A stretch of DNA of 64,000 nucleotides from Candidatus Saccharimonadota bacterium (GCA_031973215.1 DALYDK010000001.1:38122-102121); one strand, 5' to 3'. Shown: positions 44,477 through 54,118, counted from the stretch's first letter. The notes: generated by a model not told the origin, from the sequence alone. A program made the numbers and translations.

Positions 44477-45820
44477 TTAATCCTCTGCCTTTTTCTTATG
44501 CCTGTCTTCATTTTTTGGTATAAACCACATTTTTATTGGCGTGCCTTCGAACCCATATTTCTGGCGCATGTTTTTCTCTAAATATCTTTTATAACTCCAG
44601 TGTAGTAGTTTGGTTTGGCTGCCGAATATTTTGAAGTTGGGGGTATCTTCTTCGGTTTGGGTTATATAGTTAAGCCTTGGATGAGAATTTTTTAGACCCG
44701 CAGGTGGATGTTCATCTACCGCTGCTCTAAGCCACTTGTTAAGTTCAGAAGTGGCAATTTTCTTACGACGATTTTGGAAAATTTCGGCAGTTAGGTCGAA
44801 TATTTTAGTGACATTTTGGCCGGTTATTGAACTAGTAAAGATCAGAGGCGCCCAAGGGACAAAAATAAATTCTTTTTGTATCATTGGTGCCAGTCTGTCT
44901 CTTGTAAAGGCGTCTTTGTCGATGACGCTATCCCACTTACTAACCACTAATATAAGACCCTTGCCGGCCTCCTTAATAAGTCCTGCAATTTTTTGATCAA
45001 GCTGAGTTCCTAATTCATTAACGTCCATTAGAAGTAAACAAACATCCGCCTCTTCTATGGCACTTAAAGACCTAATAACGCTAAATTTTTCTATTCCTAC
45101 TTCAATTTTGCCGCTTCTGCGAATACCTGCTGTGTCAAGTAGCTCAATTTCTTGCTGATTGTACTTAACGACTACTCTGTTTATGTCTCTTGTTGTACCT
45201 GCTCTATCGGCAACTATTGCTTGTTGTTTTTTTGATAGGCTATTAAACATTTGGCTTTTGCCAACATTGGGACGGCCTAAAATGGCTAATTTAATTCTAT
45301 TTGGATCCGAAGAGATTGTTGCCTGTGGTAGTTCGCGCGTTATTGAGTGAACTAGATCTTCTATGCCATTGTTCTGAGTAGTAGATGTAAAATAGATGTT
45401 TTTTATGCCAAGTTTTTGGAAATCTTTATATCCTAGACTGCCTTTCTTATCGGCTTTATTTACAACTAAAAAGACTGGCTTTTTGGTTTTCAGAATCATT
45501 TTGGCGATACGGCGATCTTCTTCTGTAATTGGAATATTAGCCTCGACTACCACCATTACTATATCGGCGCTATCGGCTGCCTGAAGTATCTGCTCTTGAA
45601 TAGTGAACTCAAAATCATCGGCAGCTTCTTTCATGCCAGCGGTGTCTACTAGCCAAAAATCTTTTTTATTGAAGCTGGCTTTTGCGACTATGCTGTCACG
45701 GGTTGTTCCGGGCTCGTTGGCAACAATTGCCTCACGCCTGCCAATAATGGCATTGAAGAGGCTACTTTTTCCGACATTAGCACGGCCAACAATAGCAACA
45801 ATAGGAATTTTTTTACTCAT
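44477..45820 (-). CDS. der: Ribosome biogenesis GTPase Der (EngA)
   Basis: 447 aa. It has two G domains (GRANVGKSSLFN, DTAG, NKAD; GRPNVGKSQMFN, DTAG, SKWD) plus a KH-like C-terminus. Confidence 0.95.
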   Translation of the reverse strand: MSKKIPIVAIVGRANVGKSSLFNAIIGRREAIVANEPGTTRDSIVAKASFNKKDFWLVDTAGMKEAADDFEFTIQEQILQAADSADIVMVVVEANIPITEEDRRIAKMILKTKKPVFLVVNKADKKGSLGYKDFQKLGIKNIYFTSTTQNNGIEDLVHSITRELPQATISSDPNRIKLAILGRPNVGKSQMFNSLSKKQQAIVADRAGTTRDINRVVVKYNQQEIELLDTAGIRRSGKIEVGIEKFSVIRSLSAIEEADVCLLLMDVNELGTQLDQKIAGLIKEAGKGLILVVSKWDSVIDKDAFTRDRLAPMIQKEFIFVPWAPLIFTSSITGQNVTKIFDLTAEIFQNRRKKIATSELNKWLRAAVDEHPPAGLKNSHPRLNYITQTEEDTPNFKIFGSQTKLLHWSYKRYLEKNMRQKYGFEGTPIKMWFIPKNEDRHKKKAED

Positions 45821-45949
45821 AAACTACTACGATACTATCATTTACAGGGGTTATAAACAAATCTAAAGAATAAAATCGAATTACTAAATAAGCAGCAATT
45901 TAATGTTTTGTGGCATTTTAGGCAAAGTGGGGAGCATAATAGTATTTAT

Positions 45950-46585
45950 ATGAATAGGTTGGTGCAAAGTAAGGTTAAAAAATTTTTTGATGATTTTCCA
46001 GATATCAGTTACGTAAAAGACGAAATTGTAATAAATAAAAACGATCAAATTGATAAAATTTTTTACATTGTCACTGGGGAAATTGTTCAAACTGGGCTTA
46101 GTTTAGCCACTAACAGAGTCGTTTTAAATGTTTATAAGCCGGGATCGTATATACCTTTGCCCTATATTTTTACCAAACAGGCCAGTAAGTATTATTTTAC
46201 TGCTACAAAGCAGACTGTCTGCCGAGTTGCACCAGCTGAGAGAGTTGCTAAGTTTATTAGACAAGACGCGGGTGTGCAGTCTGATTTAATAAAAAGACTC
46301 TCTCTTGGTCTAGATGGAATAGTAGATAAACTTTTTATGGCTTATGCGGGCACTGCCAAACAGAAAGTTGTGCTTGAGCTCTTAATTATGCAAGCTCGGC
46401 GCAATAATCATAGTGGTAACTTTGAAATAACTGTTACTCACGATGATATTGCCGAAAAATGTGGCTTAAGCAGAGAAACTGTAACTAGAGTTTTGGGTAA
46501 TTTGGCCAAGAGTGGATTAATAAATAAAAAAAGTAACAAAATAATATTCAATAGCATTGAGGGTTTGCAAAAAATTATTAGCTAA
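45950..46585 (+). CDS. Crp/Fnr-family transcriptional regulator
   Basis: It has a cNMP-binding-like beta-roll N-terminus and the C-terminal HTH IAEKCGLSRETVTRVLGNLAKSGLI. The start is uncertain (ATG at 45950 versus TTG at 45908). Confidence 0.75.
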   Translation: MNRLVQSKVKKFFDDFPDISYVKDEIVINKNDQIDKIFYIVTGEIVQTGLSLATNRVVLNVYKPGSYIPLPYIFTKQASKYYFTATKQTVCRVAPAERVAKFIRQDAGVQSDLIKRLSLGLDGIVDKLFMAYAGTAKQKVVLELLIMQARRNNHSGNFEITVTHDDIAEKCGLSRETVTRVLGNLAKSGLINKKSNKIIFNSIEGLQKIIS

Positions 46586-47246
46586 TTTCTAGGATATCTC
46601 TAGGCTTGGGCACCTGGCTGAGTGAGTATTCTCCGAACTGCTGTCTAATTAGTTTCGTGACCCTATATCCCAAAGCTTCAAATGAGCGACGAATTTGACG
46701 ATTTCTGCCCTCGTGTAGTGTTACGAGCATTTGTTTCCTGTCGTCGTTTAAATTGCCGATTCCTAGAACACTTGGTCCATCTTCGAGTTCAACGCCATTC
46801 GTTAATATTTCAACATCCCCAGGATGCAATGGTTTATTTATGCTTACCCGATAAACTTTTTCTTTTTCAAAACTTGGATGTGACAATTGCTGGTTTAATT
46901 CACCGTCATTGGTAAGCACAAGCAGTCCCCCGCTATCTTTATCTAGCCTCCCTATGGGATTCAGATGATGGTATTCTTTCGGTAATATATCATATATAGT
47001 ATAGCTTCCTTGATTATTGCGACTACATACAAATCCTCTAGGTTTATTAAAAAGAATAGTTAAAGTCGGTTTTGCGCCTGGTAACTCAAGGTTATTATAA
47101 AGAACCGTGTCTAGTTTTGGGTCTACTTGTTGGCCTACTGTTCCGGGAGCTGAATTAACACTAATCACACCAGAAGATATTAATTCATCTGCCTTTCTTC
47201 TGGATACATTAAGCCTTTCGGCAATAAACTTATTTAGTCGAATCAC
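46578..47246 (-). CDS. RsuA/RluB-family pseudouridine synthase with S4 domain
   Basis: 222 aa. The N-terminus is S4-like (RLNKFIAERLNVSRRKADELI). The catalytic motif is GRLDKDSGGLLVLTNDG. Confidence 0.9.
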   Translation of the reverse strand: MIRLNKFIAERLNVSRRKADELISSGVISVNSAPGTVGQQVDPKLDTVLYNNLELPGAKPTLTILFNKPRGFVCSRNNQGSYTIYDILPKEYHHLNPIGRLDKDSGGLLVLTNDGELNQQLSHPSFEKEKVYRVSINKPLHPGDVEILTNGVELEDGPSVLGIGNLNDDRKQMLVTLHEGRNRQIRRSFEALGYRVTKLIRQQFGEYSLSQVPKPRDILEIS

Positions 47247-47271
47247 TGGCTATAATATTTCAAAATATTTG

Positions 47272-48708
47272 CTATAAAGCAATATTGTTTGGGTCGTTGG
47301 GGTCAGTTGAGATTGGTTTTTCCGGTATTGTAGATGCTTGCTCTACGGGATCTGCCTGAGATACGGGTGTAGTATTTGTTTCTACTGGACCATCATTGGT
47401 TGTTAGTCCTTCGATTTTACTGATATCGGCAGTTTCTAGTGGAGCTGTATCGGCTACCGCCTGTTGAACTGCCTGTGCTTCCGCTACTGCAGTGCCATCG
47501 TTAACCATAGGATTATTTACTGAAGTTGTATCGTTCTCTGGCTGCTCGTTATTGACCTCAATATTTGTGCCGGCGCTAGGATTAACTACCGGCTCATTTT
47601 CTGCTTCTTTAGCTAGTTCTTTTTGATAAAGTTCGTTTATTGAAGGTGCGGAACTTGCGTCGGTGATTGGGTTAATAACTTTTTTTCTAGCCGATGCAGG
47701 TTCATCATCGTTGGCTGGCCTAACTGGAGCGGCTGCTATAACAGTTGGGTCGGGGTTATTGGCTTTTTCGGCATCTATAGCTGCCTTATCAATTTGCTCG
47801 GCCGTTGGCTCTACCATTGCAACCTGATGCTTGGCTTGTTCTGCGGGTTCGGTGGCTACAAAATTTTCAATTTGTTTATTAATTTCTGCTAATTCTTCGG
47901 CTGCAGATTCGGGCTTAACACTTGAGTCTGGGGTTACAAGTTCGGCTTTCTTGTCTTCAGAAGTTTGTTCGGTTACTGCTACCATAGGATTAATAGGAGG
48001 AGTTGCCGGAGCGGTGCCCTCAGCAGGCTCGGGAACGGAAGTTGGTTCAGCAACTGGAGCGGCCGGCGTAACTGTAATCTGTTCTGCTGGTTGTTGGGCT
48101 AATTCTGGTTCCGCTTGAACCTCGGGTGTTACGGCGCTTGGCTCTGCTAATGGTGCTGCGCTAGTATCATTGACCGAAGAGTCTGGCGCTGGGGCCATGG
48201 CCACAACAGGAGCAGGCTCGGAAACTACAGGCTGTTCATTTACGGTTGGCTCCTGGGCAACGGGTGCGGCCGGTGCTTGGCCGGACAAAATTTCAGTAGC
48301 CGTAGGAACGCCAGCGTCAGGAACTTGAATAGGAGCGGATCTGTCGTTTAGGACATCATCTACTACCCTTGCTACGTCTTCTAGGGTAACTTGCGATTTA
48401 ACTAAGTACTTGTCTGCTCCCAAAGAGCTTGCTCGTTGTTTATCTTCTGCTTGGCTAAGGGCGGTCATCATTATAACTTTTGTATTTTTTGTTTCAGGAG
48501 TTTGCCGTAAGATGTCTAGCATATCGAAGCCGCTAATTTTAGGCATCATTACATCGGAAATAATTAGATCAGGTTTTTCTTTTACTGCTAAAGCAAGGGC
48601 TTCTTCGCCGTCTTTAGCTGATACAATTTCGTACCCTTCTGCTATTAATCTTTCGCCATAAATTTCTCTTAAATTGTTGTCGTCTTCGACGAGCATTATT
48701 TTTGCCAT
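47272..48708 (-). CDS. Response regulator receiver with ~350-aa Pro/Ala/Glu/Thr/Val-rich low-complexity tail
   Basis: 478 aa. The N-terminal 120 aa form a canonical receiver (LVEDDN, DLIISDVMMP, MTALS, YLVKS). The remainder has no recognisable domain. Confidence 0.8.
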   Translation of the reverse strand: MAKIMLVEDDNNLREIYGERLIAEGYEIVSAKDGEEALALAVKEKPDLIISDVMMPKISGFDMLDILRQTPETKNTKVIMMTALSQAEDKQRASSLGADKYLVKSQVTLEDVARVVDDVLNDRSAPIQVPDAGVPTATEILSGQAPAAPVAQEPTVNEQPVVSEPAPVVAMAPAPDSSVNDTSAAPLAEPSAVTPEVQAEPELAQQPAEQITVTPAAPVAEPTSVPEPAEGTAPATPPINPMVAVTEQTSEDKKAELVTPDSSVKPESAAEELAEINKQIENFVATEPAEQAKHQVAMVEPTAEQIDKAAIDAEKANNPDPTVIAAAPVRPANDDEPASARKKVINPITDASSAPSINELYQKELAKEAENEPVVNPSAGTNIEVNNEQPENDTTSVNNPMVNDGTAVAEAQAVQQAVADTAPLETADISKIEGLTTNDGPVETNTTPVSQADPVEQASTIPEKPISTDPNDPNNIAL

Positions 48709-48798
48709 ATTTTTACCCTTTTAACTTAAGCATTAACTAGAAATAATTGTATCATTATATAAATTACTTGCCTAGATTTGGTCATCAGTTTGGTTTGG

Positions 48799-50055
48799 CT
48801 ATAAACCGGCCGTAGAATTTGTAGTATTTTGGGTGGCAAGCATTTCGGTTGCTTTCTGACTAGAAACTCTGGGAAGATTTATATAAAAAGTGCTGCCCTC
48901 CCCTGGTTGGCTATCAACCCAAATCCTTCCGTTATACATTTCAACTATTTTTTTGCAAATAAAAAGTCCAAGGCCTGTTCCGCCTATTGCTCTTGTTGCG
49001 CTATTGTCAACTCGGTAGAATTTTTCGAATAAATGTCCAATATCTTCTTTTGGTATTCCTTGACCGGTATCTTTAATTTGTATTTGGACCACTCTGTCAT
49101 CTCCTGTAATGCCAATTGTTACTTTGCCAGTTTCAGTGTACTTAATAGCGTTGTCAAAAAGGTTTGTTAGAACCTCTCTCATTCTGTCAGGGTCAACAAT
49201 AGCGTAATACAAAGGCTTAACGACTTGGTGATCTCCTGGGTTGGTAGTTGAGGCATCTTGGCTGGCGCCCACTTGGTATTCAAGCAACAAGCCCTTCTTT
49301 TCCGCGGTGAACTTCATTCCTTCTGTTAACTGTTCTAGGTATTCACCCATTTCTACGACTATAGGGTGATTAACCAATCTTCCGTCTTCGGCCTTGGCGC
49401 TAGTAAGTAGATCCTGGAATAGTTTACCCAAATGCTGCGTGCTCATATGTGCTTTACTTAGATACTCCCTGGCCTTGGTGTCTATGTGGCAAACCTTGTC
49501 GTTCATTGCTAGAGCTAAATATCCCTCTATAGCAGCTACTGGGGTCCGCATTTCATGGCTAGCGGTACTAATAAATTCGGCTCGGGCGGAATCTGCTTGC
49601 CTTTGTTCTGTGACATCTAGGAAAACCCCAATTAAACTAGTTATTGTTCCGCTTTGATCGACAAGCGGGTTAACGCTTATAGATATTCCTATAGTTTTTG
49701 CTTCATCTTGAGAGCTTATGTTAGCGGTAGTATCTTTGATGATTGTTTTCTCAGATATAGCTCTTGAAAAAGGATCTAGCCCTGCCTGGTTGGGTTCATT
49801 TTTGTCATTTACAAACTTAAAAACAGCATCTGTAGACAGACCGACGGCATCTTCTTTTTTCCAGCCAGTAATTGCTTCGGCGCCAGGGTTGAACATAATA
49901 ATATTTTTTTTTGCATCTAATAACACTACCCCGTCGGCAATAGAATTGATGATTATTTCGGAAAGAGCTTGGGCGTTCTTAAGACTGCTAGAAATTTTAT
50001 CTGCTGCATTATCACTTGATTTGGTTGCTTTGTTCTTAAAAAATAGCATTCCCAC
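48799..50055 (-). CDS. PAS-domain sensor histidine kinase
   Basis: 418 aa with no obvious TM. It has a PAS-like region, the H-box STASHEMRTPVAAIEGY, the N box LTNLFDNAIKY and G boxes DTGQGI / GTGLGLFICKKIV. Confidence 0.85.
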   Translation of the reverse strand: MGMLFFKNKATKSSDNAADKISSSLKNAQALSEIIINSIADGVVLLDAKKNIIMFNPGAEAITGWKKEDAVGLSTDAVFKFVNDKNEPNQAGLDPFSRAISEKTIIKDTTANISSQDEAKTIGISISVNPLVDQSGTITSLIGVFLDVTEQRQADSARAEFISTASHEMRTPVAAIEGYLALAMNDKVCHIDTKAREYLSKAHMSTQHLGKLFQDLLTSAKAEDGRLVNHPIVVEMGEYLEQLTEGMKFTAEKKGLLLEYQVGASQDASTTNPGDHQVVKPLYYAIVDPDRMREVLTNLFDNAIKYTETGKVTIGITGDDRVVQIQIKDTGQGIPKEDIGHLFEKFYRVDNSATRAIGGTGLGLFICKKIVEMYNGRIWVDSQPGEGSTFYINLPRVSSQKATEMLATQNTTNSTAGL

Positions 50056-50156
50056 CGTTTTTCTATTTGTAATTGTAATGGATATGCTTTTATATTATCA
50101 AATTTAAATGCTTTACGGTTTTATTTTAAAGGCTTCGGTCTTGTAATCTATGTATT

Positions 50157-50816
50157 ATGGATAATTCAAAATACTCAAACGAGCCTAAGGTAGATTATTG
50201 GGATTTTATTAATGATAACGATTTGAAGCTACTGCTAGAAGATATTCTTGATTCAAAAAACAGTAAAATAATATTAATTGATGGCAGGTCTGGAAGCGGA
50301 AAATCATATCTTGGTAATAAAATAGGAAATTTGCTTAAAGCACCTGTAGTGCATACTGATGATATTGCATGGAATAATCATCCAATTAATTGGGATACAG
50401 AAATAAAGGAAAATATTATTAAGCCATGGCTAAATAATGAAAATATTGAATATAGACCAAAGGGCTGGAATGAAACTCGCAAGGGTGCAATTACTCTATC
50501 AAGAAGAAGTAAATTGTTAATTATAGAGGGCGTTGGTGCCGGCCGAATTAGTTTGAATACCAATAACTCAATACTTATTTGGGTTCAGGCTGATGCAGAA
50601 AAGGCTTTTCAGCGTGGAATATTGAGAGACATGAAGACAGAGCAGCGAACCAAAAGTGAGGCTGTAGCATTCTGGAACAACTGGAAAATGTACGAAGACC
50701 CTTTTTTGGAAGAAGAAAAACCCTGGGAAAGGGCTGATATTGTAATAAATGGTGACGGCTATGGAGCTAACAAAAGTACTTCTAAAATAACTCGTGGTCC
50801 TCTGTTTAGAAATTAA
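50157..50816 (+). CDS. P-loop kinase-like protein (uridine kinase-like fold)
   Basis: 219 aa with Walker A IDGRSGSGKSYLG followed by VHTDD. Confidence 0.5.
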   Translation: MDNSKYSNEPKVDYWDFINDNDLKLLLEDILDSKNSKIILIDGRSGSGKSYLGNKIGNLLKAPVVHTDDIAWNNHPINWDTEIKENIIKPWLNNENIEYRPKGWNETRKGAITLSRRSKLLIIEGVGAGRISLNTNNSILIWVQADAEKAFQRGILRDMKTEQRTKSEAVAFWNNWKMYEDPFLEEEKPWERADIVINGDGYGANKSTSKITRGPLFRN

Positions 50817-50859
50817 TTGAAGCAAATTGGTTATTTAGTGTAAAATATTGTCTAGCTAT

Positions 50860-51036
50860 GGTCTCATTGTCGGAGCGGTCTTGGACACCAGGTTCTCATC
50901 CTGGCAATCGGCTGAAAACTGCTAGGCAGCAGTTCGCAAGGCCGGAAGCCTGGATGGCCAATGCCACCAAGCTGAGGCGGGCCCGACCAAATTTACGAAG
51001 TAAATTATGGGTGGGTCGATTCCGAATCGAGCCTTT
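50860..51036 (+). ncRNA. tRNA-Glu-derived chimeric unit 1
   Basis: From 50860 to 50911 the acceptor 5' strand and the anticodon arm through CAATCGG are base-for-base identical to the tRNA-Glu gene. The D-loop differs and position 9 is T rather than C. The same 22-nt upstream box is present (50834-50855). After 50911 come hairpins ACTGCT-aggc-AGCAGT and AATTTAC-gaa-GTAAATT, a T-loop-like GGGTCGATTCC, and a terminal palindrome plus TTTAT. Confidence 0.4.
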
Positions 51037-51054
51037 ATAATATAGTTAGCAAAT

Positions 51055-51140
51055 GGTCTCATCGTCTAAAGTGAGACAAGCCGGTCGGCTTGTTGCAAGG
51101 AAATCTACTCTTCAAAACTTGTTTTGAAAGATGTAGTTTT
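51055..51140 (+). ncRNA. tRNA-Glu-derived unit 2
   Basis: GGTCTCATCGTCTAA is identical to tRNA positions 1-15. It is joined to GTGAGAC (an acceptor 3'-strand-like sequence), then AAGCCGGTCGGCTT and an imperfect hairpin ending in TTTT. A TATAAT box lies at 51036-51041. A decayed anticodon-arm-like piece, GGAGCACCAGGCTGTTCTAAA, lies at 51160-51180. Confidence 0.35.
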
Positions 51141-51229
51141 GGGGCCGCGCTAGCGTGGCGGAGCACCAGGCTGTTCTAAATGATGATGACTTGGTTAAGT
51201 AGTTTAGTGTAAAATATTGTCTAGTATTT

Positions 51230-51304
51230 GGTCTCATCGTCTAACGGTTAGGACACCAGGTTCTCATCCTGGCAATCGGGGTTCGATTCCCCGTGAGATC
51301 ACCA
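51230..51304 (+). tRNA. tRNA-Glu (anticodon CUC), CCA encoded
   Basis: A manual cloverleaf fits. Acceptor: GGTCTCA/TGAGATC. D arm: GTCT-aacggtta-GGAC. Anticodon arm: CCAGG-TTCTCAT-CCTGG. T arm: CGGGG-TTCGATT-CCCCG. It ends A-CCA. The D-arm sequence TCGTCTAACGGTTAGGACACC is typical of tRNA-Glu. Confidence 0.9.
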
Positions 51305-51307
51305 AAA

Positions 51308-51340
51308 TAAAAACTCCAGCTTGTCTGGAGTTTTTATTTT
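51308..51340 (+). terminator. Rho-independent terminator after tRNA-Glu
   Basis: AAAAACTCCAG-cttgt-CTGGAGTTTTTATTTT. Confidence 0.8.
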
Positions 51341-51477
51341 GGATTTTTCTTGCAGAGAAACCGTCAATCCAGCAATAAATCACTCCAGCAAAGCCTGAAT
51401 CCCTTTTTGACTTACCTTCTAACAAGAATTACCTTGGTATAATCAAGTTAAGAGTTAACTAAAAAAGGAGCAATTAA

Positions 51478-52683
51478 TTGGCTAAGAAGGTATGGCAAGC
51501 AGATGATAACGGCCTGCATCCGCTGGTAGAAGATTACACCGTTGGTAGTGACTATATTACAGACTTGCAGTTGCTTGAATTTGATATTGAAGCATCAAAG
51601 GCACATTCTAAAATGCTATTAGCTCAGAAGATTTTGACCAAAGAAGAGTTTGGAAAGTTGACTACTGCCCTAGAGAAGCTTACTGTTTTGGTACAAGAAG
51701 GTAGCTTCAAGATAGATAAAAGCCAAGAAGATGGACATACCGCTATCGAGCAATATTTAACAGATGAGTGTGGCGAGGCTGGTAAAAAAATACATACAGG
51801 CAGAAGCAGAAACGATCAGTCGCTGGTGATGACCCGTCTGTTTAGCAAAAAAATCTTATTAGAAATAGAGAAAGATATAAAACAGTTAGTAAAAGCCTAT
51901 GAAGCAGCCATAAAACAGTTTGGAAAAGAACCAATGCCTGGCTATACACACATGCAAAAAGCAATGCCTACAACGATAGGTACTTGGCTGGGTGCCTATA
52001 AAGACGGTTTTTCAGATGTTGCTAATTATTTACCATCCACACTTGATTACATTAATCAAAATCCACTAGGTTCAGCATCGGGTTTTGGCATAACTAATTT
52101 TGCTAATCAAAGAGATTTAACAACTAAAGAGCTAGGCTTTGGTAAAACTCAGGAAAACCCTATTTACTGCGGAATTTCTAGAGGTTTATTCGAGAATGTT
52201 GTTCTTCAGAGCTTGTCACCTGCTATGGTTTTAGCCGGAAAATTTGCCAATGATATGCTGTTGTTTACTACTAGTGAATTTGGTTTTGTGAGTCTGCCAA
52301 GCCAATACACAACTGGGTCTTCTATAATGCCCCAAAAACGAAACTATGATGTGTTTGAAATAATGCGTGGTAACTCTAAGCTTTACCACACCCTTCAACT
52401 ACAAATTCAGGATATTATTCTTGGCTTTGGCACTGGTTATCAGCGTGATCTACAACTTACCAAGAAATCATTTATAGATGCTATAAACTTATGCAAGCAA
52501 ACAATTATTTTACTAAGTGAGCTAGTTGCGAACTTGCAGTTCAATAAAGAACGCCTAGAATCTGCCATGACAGAAGATTTATTTGTGACTAATAAAGTGT
52601 ACGATTTAGTAAATGACGGAATGTCATTTAGAGAAGCCTATAAAACCGTTAAAAAGAAGTATTTTGACAACATCCAGGGTTAA
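51478..52683 (+). CDS. argH: Argininosuccinate lyase
   Basis: 401 aa with a TTG start after AAAGGAG. It has HTGRSRNDQ and the signature GSSIMPQKRN. It is shorter than typical ArgH. Confidence 0.9.
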   Translation: MAKKVWQADDNGLHPLVEDYTVGSDYITDLQLLEFDIEASKAHSKMLLAQKILTKEEFGKLTTALEKLTVLVQEGSFKIDKSQEDGHTAIEQYLTDECGEAGKKIHTGRSRNDQSLVMTRLFSKKILLEIEKDIKQLVKAYEAAIKQFGKEPMPGYTHMQKAMPTTIGTWLGAYKDGFSDVANYLPSTLDYINQNPLGSASGFGITNFANQRDLTTKELGFGKTQENPIYCGISRGLFENVVLQSLSPAMVLAGKFANDMLLFTTSEFGFVSLPSQYTTGSSIMPQKRNYDVFEIMRGNSKLYHTLQLQIQDIILGFGTGYQRDLQLTKKSFIDAINLCKQTIILLSELVANLQFNKERLESAMTEDLFVTNKVYDLVNDGMSFREAYKTVKKKYFDNIQG

Positions 52684-52754
52684 TAATGTATTACGGTCTA
52701 TTGAGTTTATTAATGAAAATATAGAATGAATATTTATAAGGAATCGAAAGTATA

Positions 52755-53423
52755 ATGAAACACAAAATCGCCGTAATTTTTGATATGGACGGAGTTATCG
52801 TCGATAGCGTAGGTTATAATTGGCGGCTAAATAATACTATCCTCTGTAACTACGGTATAAAAATCACAGATGAAAAATTATTTAAGTATATTGGCAGGAA
52901 TCTGCAGGACCAAATAGATGCAATAAACAGAGATTATAAAGTAAACATAAATTATAAAAGCTTTTCAGATTCACTTGCTGAGCTTAAGAAACAGCAAAAA
53001 AGACTTCCAGAGCCAATGTCTGGCGCAGTCAAGCTTATAGAAAATATCAATAAAATTGGAATTGATATGGCAATTGGTACGAGCAATAGCCGGCAAAATG
53101 TTGATGCCGTATTAGTGAAAATGGGACTACAAAGCATTTTCAAAGTAATAGTTTCCAAAGAAGATGTCATAAATCACAAACCAGACCCAGAGGTTTACGT
53201 AAAGTGTGCAATGTTACTAGGTTACGATAGTACTAATTGTATTGTCATTGAAGACTCCCCTTCTGGCATATCAGCCGCTAAGAATGCAGGTGTTGCCTGT
53301 ATAGCTGTTAAAACCAAATATTGTAGGCTAAGCGATCTTTCAGGGGCCGATATCATTGCAGATTCTTTAGAGGACCAAAAAATAATTCAGTTCGTTAAAT
53401 CGTTTTCAAACCAAACAAAGTGA
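52755..53423 (+). CDS. HAD-superfamily hydrolase (beta-phosphoglucomutase-like subfamily)
   Basis: 222 aa with VIFDMDGVIVDS, GTSNS, KPDPEVY and IEDSPSGI. Confidence 0.85.
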   Translation: MKHKIAVIFDMDGVIVDSVGYNWRLNNTILCNYGIKITDEKLFKYIGRNLQDQIDAINRDYKVNINYKSFSDSLAELKKQQKRLPEPMSGAVKLIENINKIGIDMAIGTSNSRQNVDAVLVKMGLQSIFKVIVSKEDVINHKPDPEVYVKCAMLLGYDSTNCIVIEDSPSGISAAKNAGVACIAVKTKYCRLSDLSGADIIADSLEDQKIIQFVKSFSNQTK

Positions 53424-53455
53424 CTACTGTATCTATAGGACACATTCATTCGACA

Positions 53456-54118
53456 TTACATCAAATCAAGTAGTTTGCGAATAAATGTTTTTCTTGGAAC
53501 GGTATCGGCCGTCTGTGTTTCAGAATTTAGTTTTATATCGGGTGCGTTTGAGGACAAATCGGACACATTGACCGCAGGTCTGAATAGTCCTTCGGAAGGA
53601 CTAGAGCTGCGAGCTGTCTTACTTTCTATTTTTCCATTTTTGGTATGAACACTAATAACAGCGGGTTCAGGGTAACCCATATAATCTAAATAAAAACCCG
53701 AATCGGTAAGAAGTGTACTAGTTAGTTGGTCTGGTAGCTCTTTATTAGATGACTTAAGGCTTTCGCACAATGCTTTATACACGCTCAAGCTCATTGATTT
53801 ACTGGTGTCTATTTTTAGACCATCCATATCTACAACAATCATTTCAGTGCGGACCCCTTCGCCTACGATATCGTCAAAACTCATACTCTTTCTATCATCT
53901 CTTAAAAGTTCGATACCGCTCTGCTGATTGTAGACCAAGTAAGTATCTACCTGTCCTAGTTCGTTAGCTACTTCTACTACGGAAAAATCATCAGGCGAAC
54001 AACTGAACTTTTTTGCCAGTATTTCTTTAAATTTAATTAGTGTACTTTCAAGATATAATTCTTTTTTTGGTAATGACTCTGATGGAATGATACTATTCAT
54101 AATTATATTATACACCAA
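53456..54118 (-). CDS. Hypothetical protein (220 aa)
   Basis: Clean ORF with no recognised motif. Confidence 0.5.
   Translation of the reverse strand: MVYNIIMNSIIPSESLPKKELYLESTLIKFKEILAKKFSCSPDDFSVVEVANELGQVDTYLVYNQQSGIELLRDDRKSMSFDDIVGEGVRTEMIVVDMDGLKIDTSKSMSLSVYKALCESLKSSNKELPDQLTSTLLTDSGFYLDYMGYPEPAVISVHTKNGKIESKTARSSSPSEGLFRPAVNVSDLSSNAPDIKLNSETQTADTVPRKTFIRKLLDLM

Noticed and set aside
50858-51040. 60-aa Arg-rich ORF from the track, and the idea that unit 1 is a tRNA-Glu gene interrupted by a self-splicing intron.
   Set aside because: The ORF overlaps a tRNA-identical sequence and GC-rich hairpins, and it has no RBS. The insert is only ~110-120 nt and lies in the T-arm rather than the anticodon loop. 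Removing it does not restore a T-arm or acceptor stem. Bacterial tRNA group I introns are larger than 200 nt.
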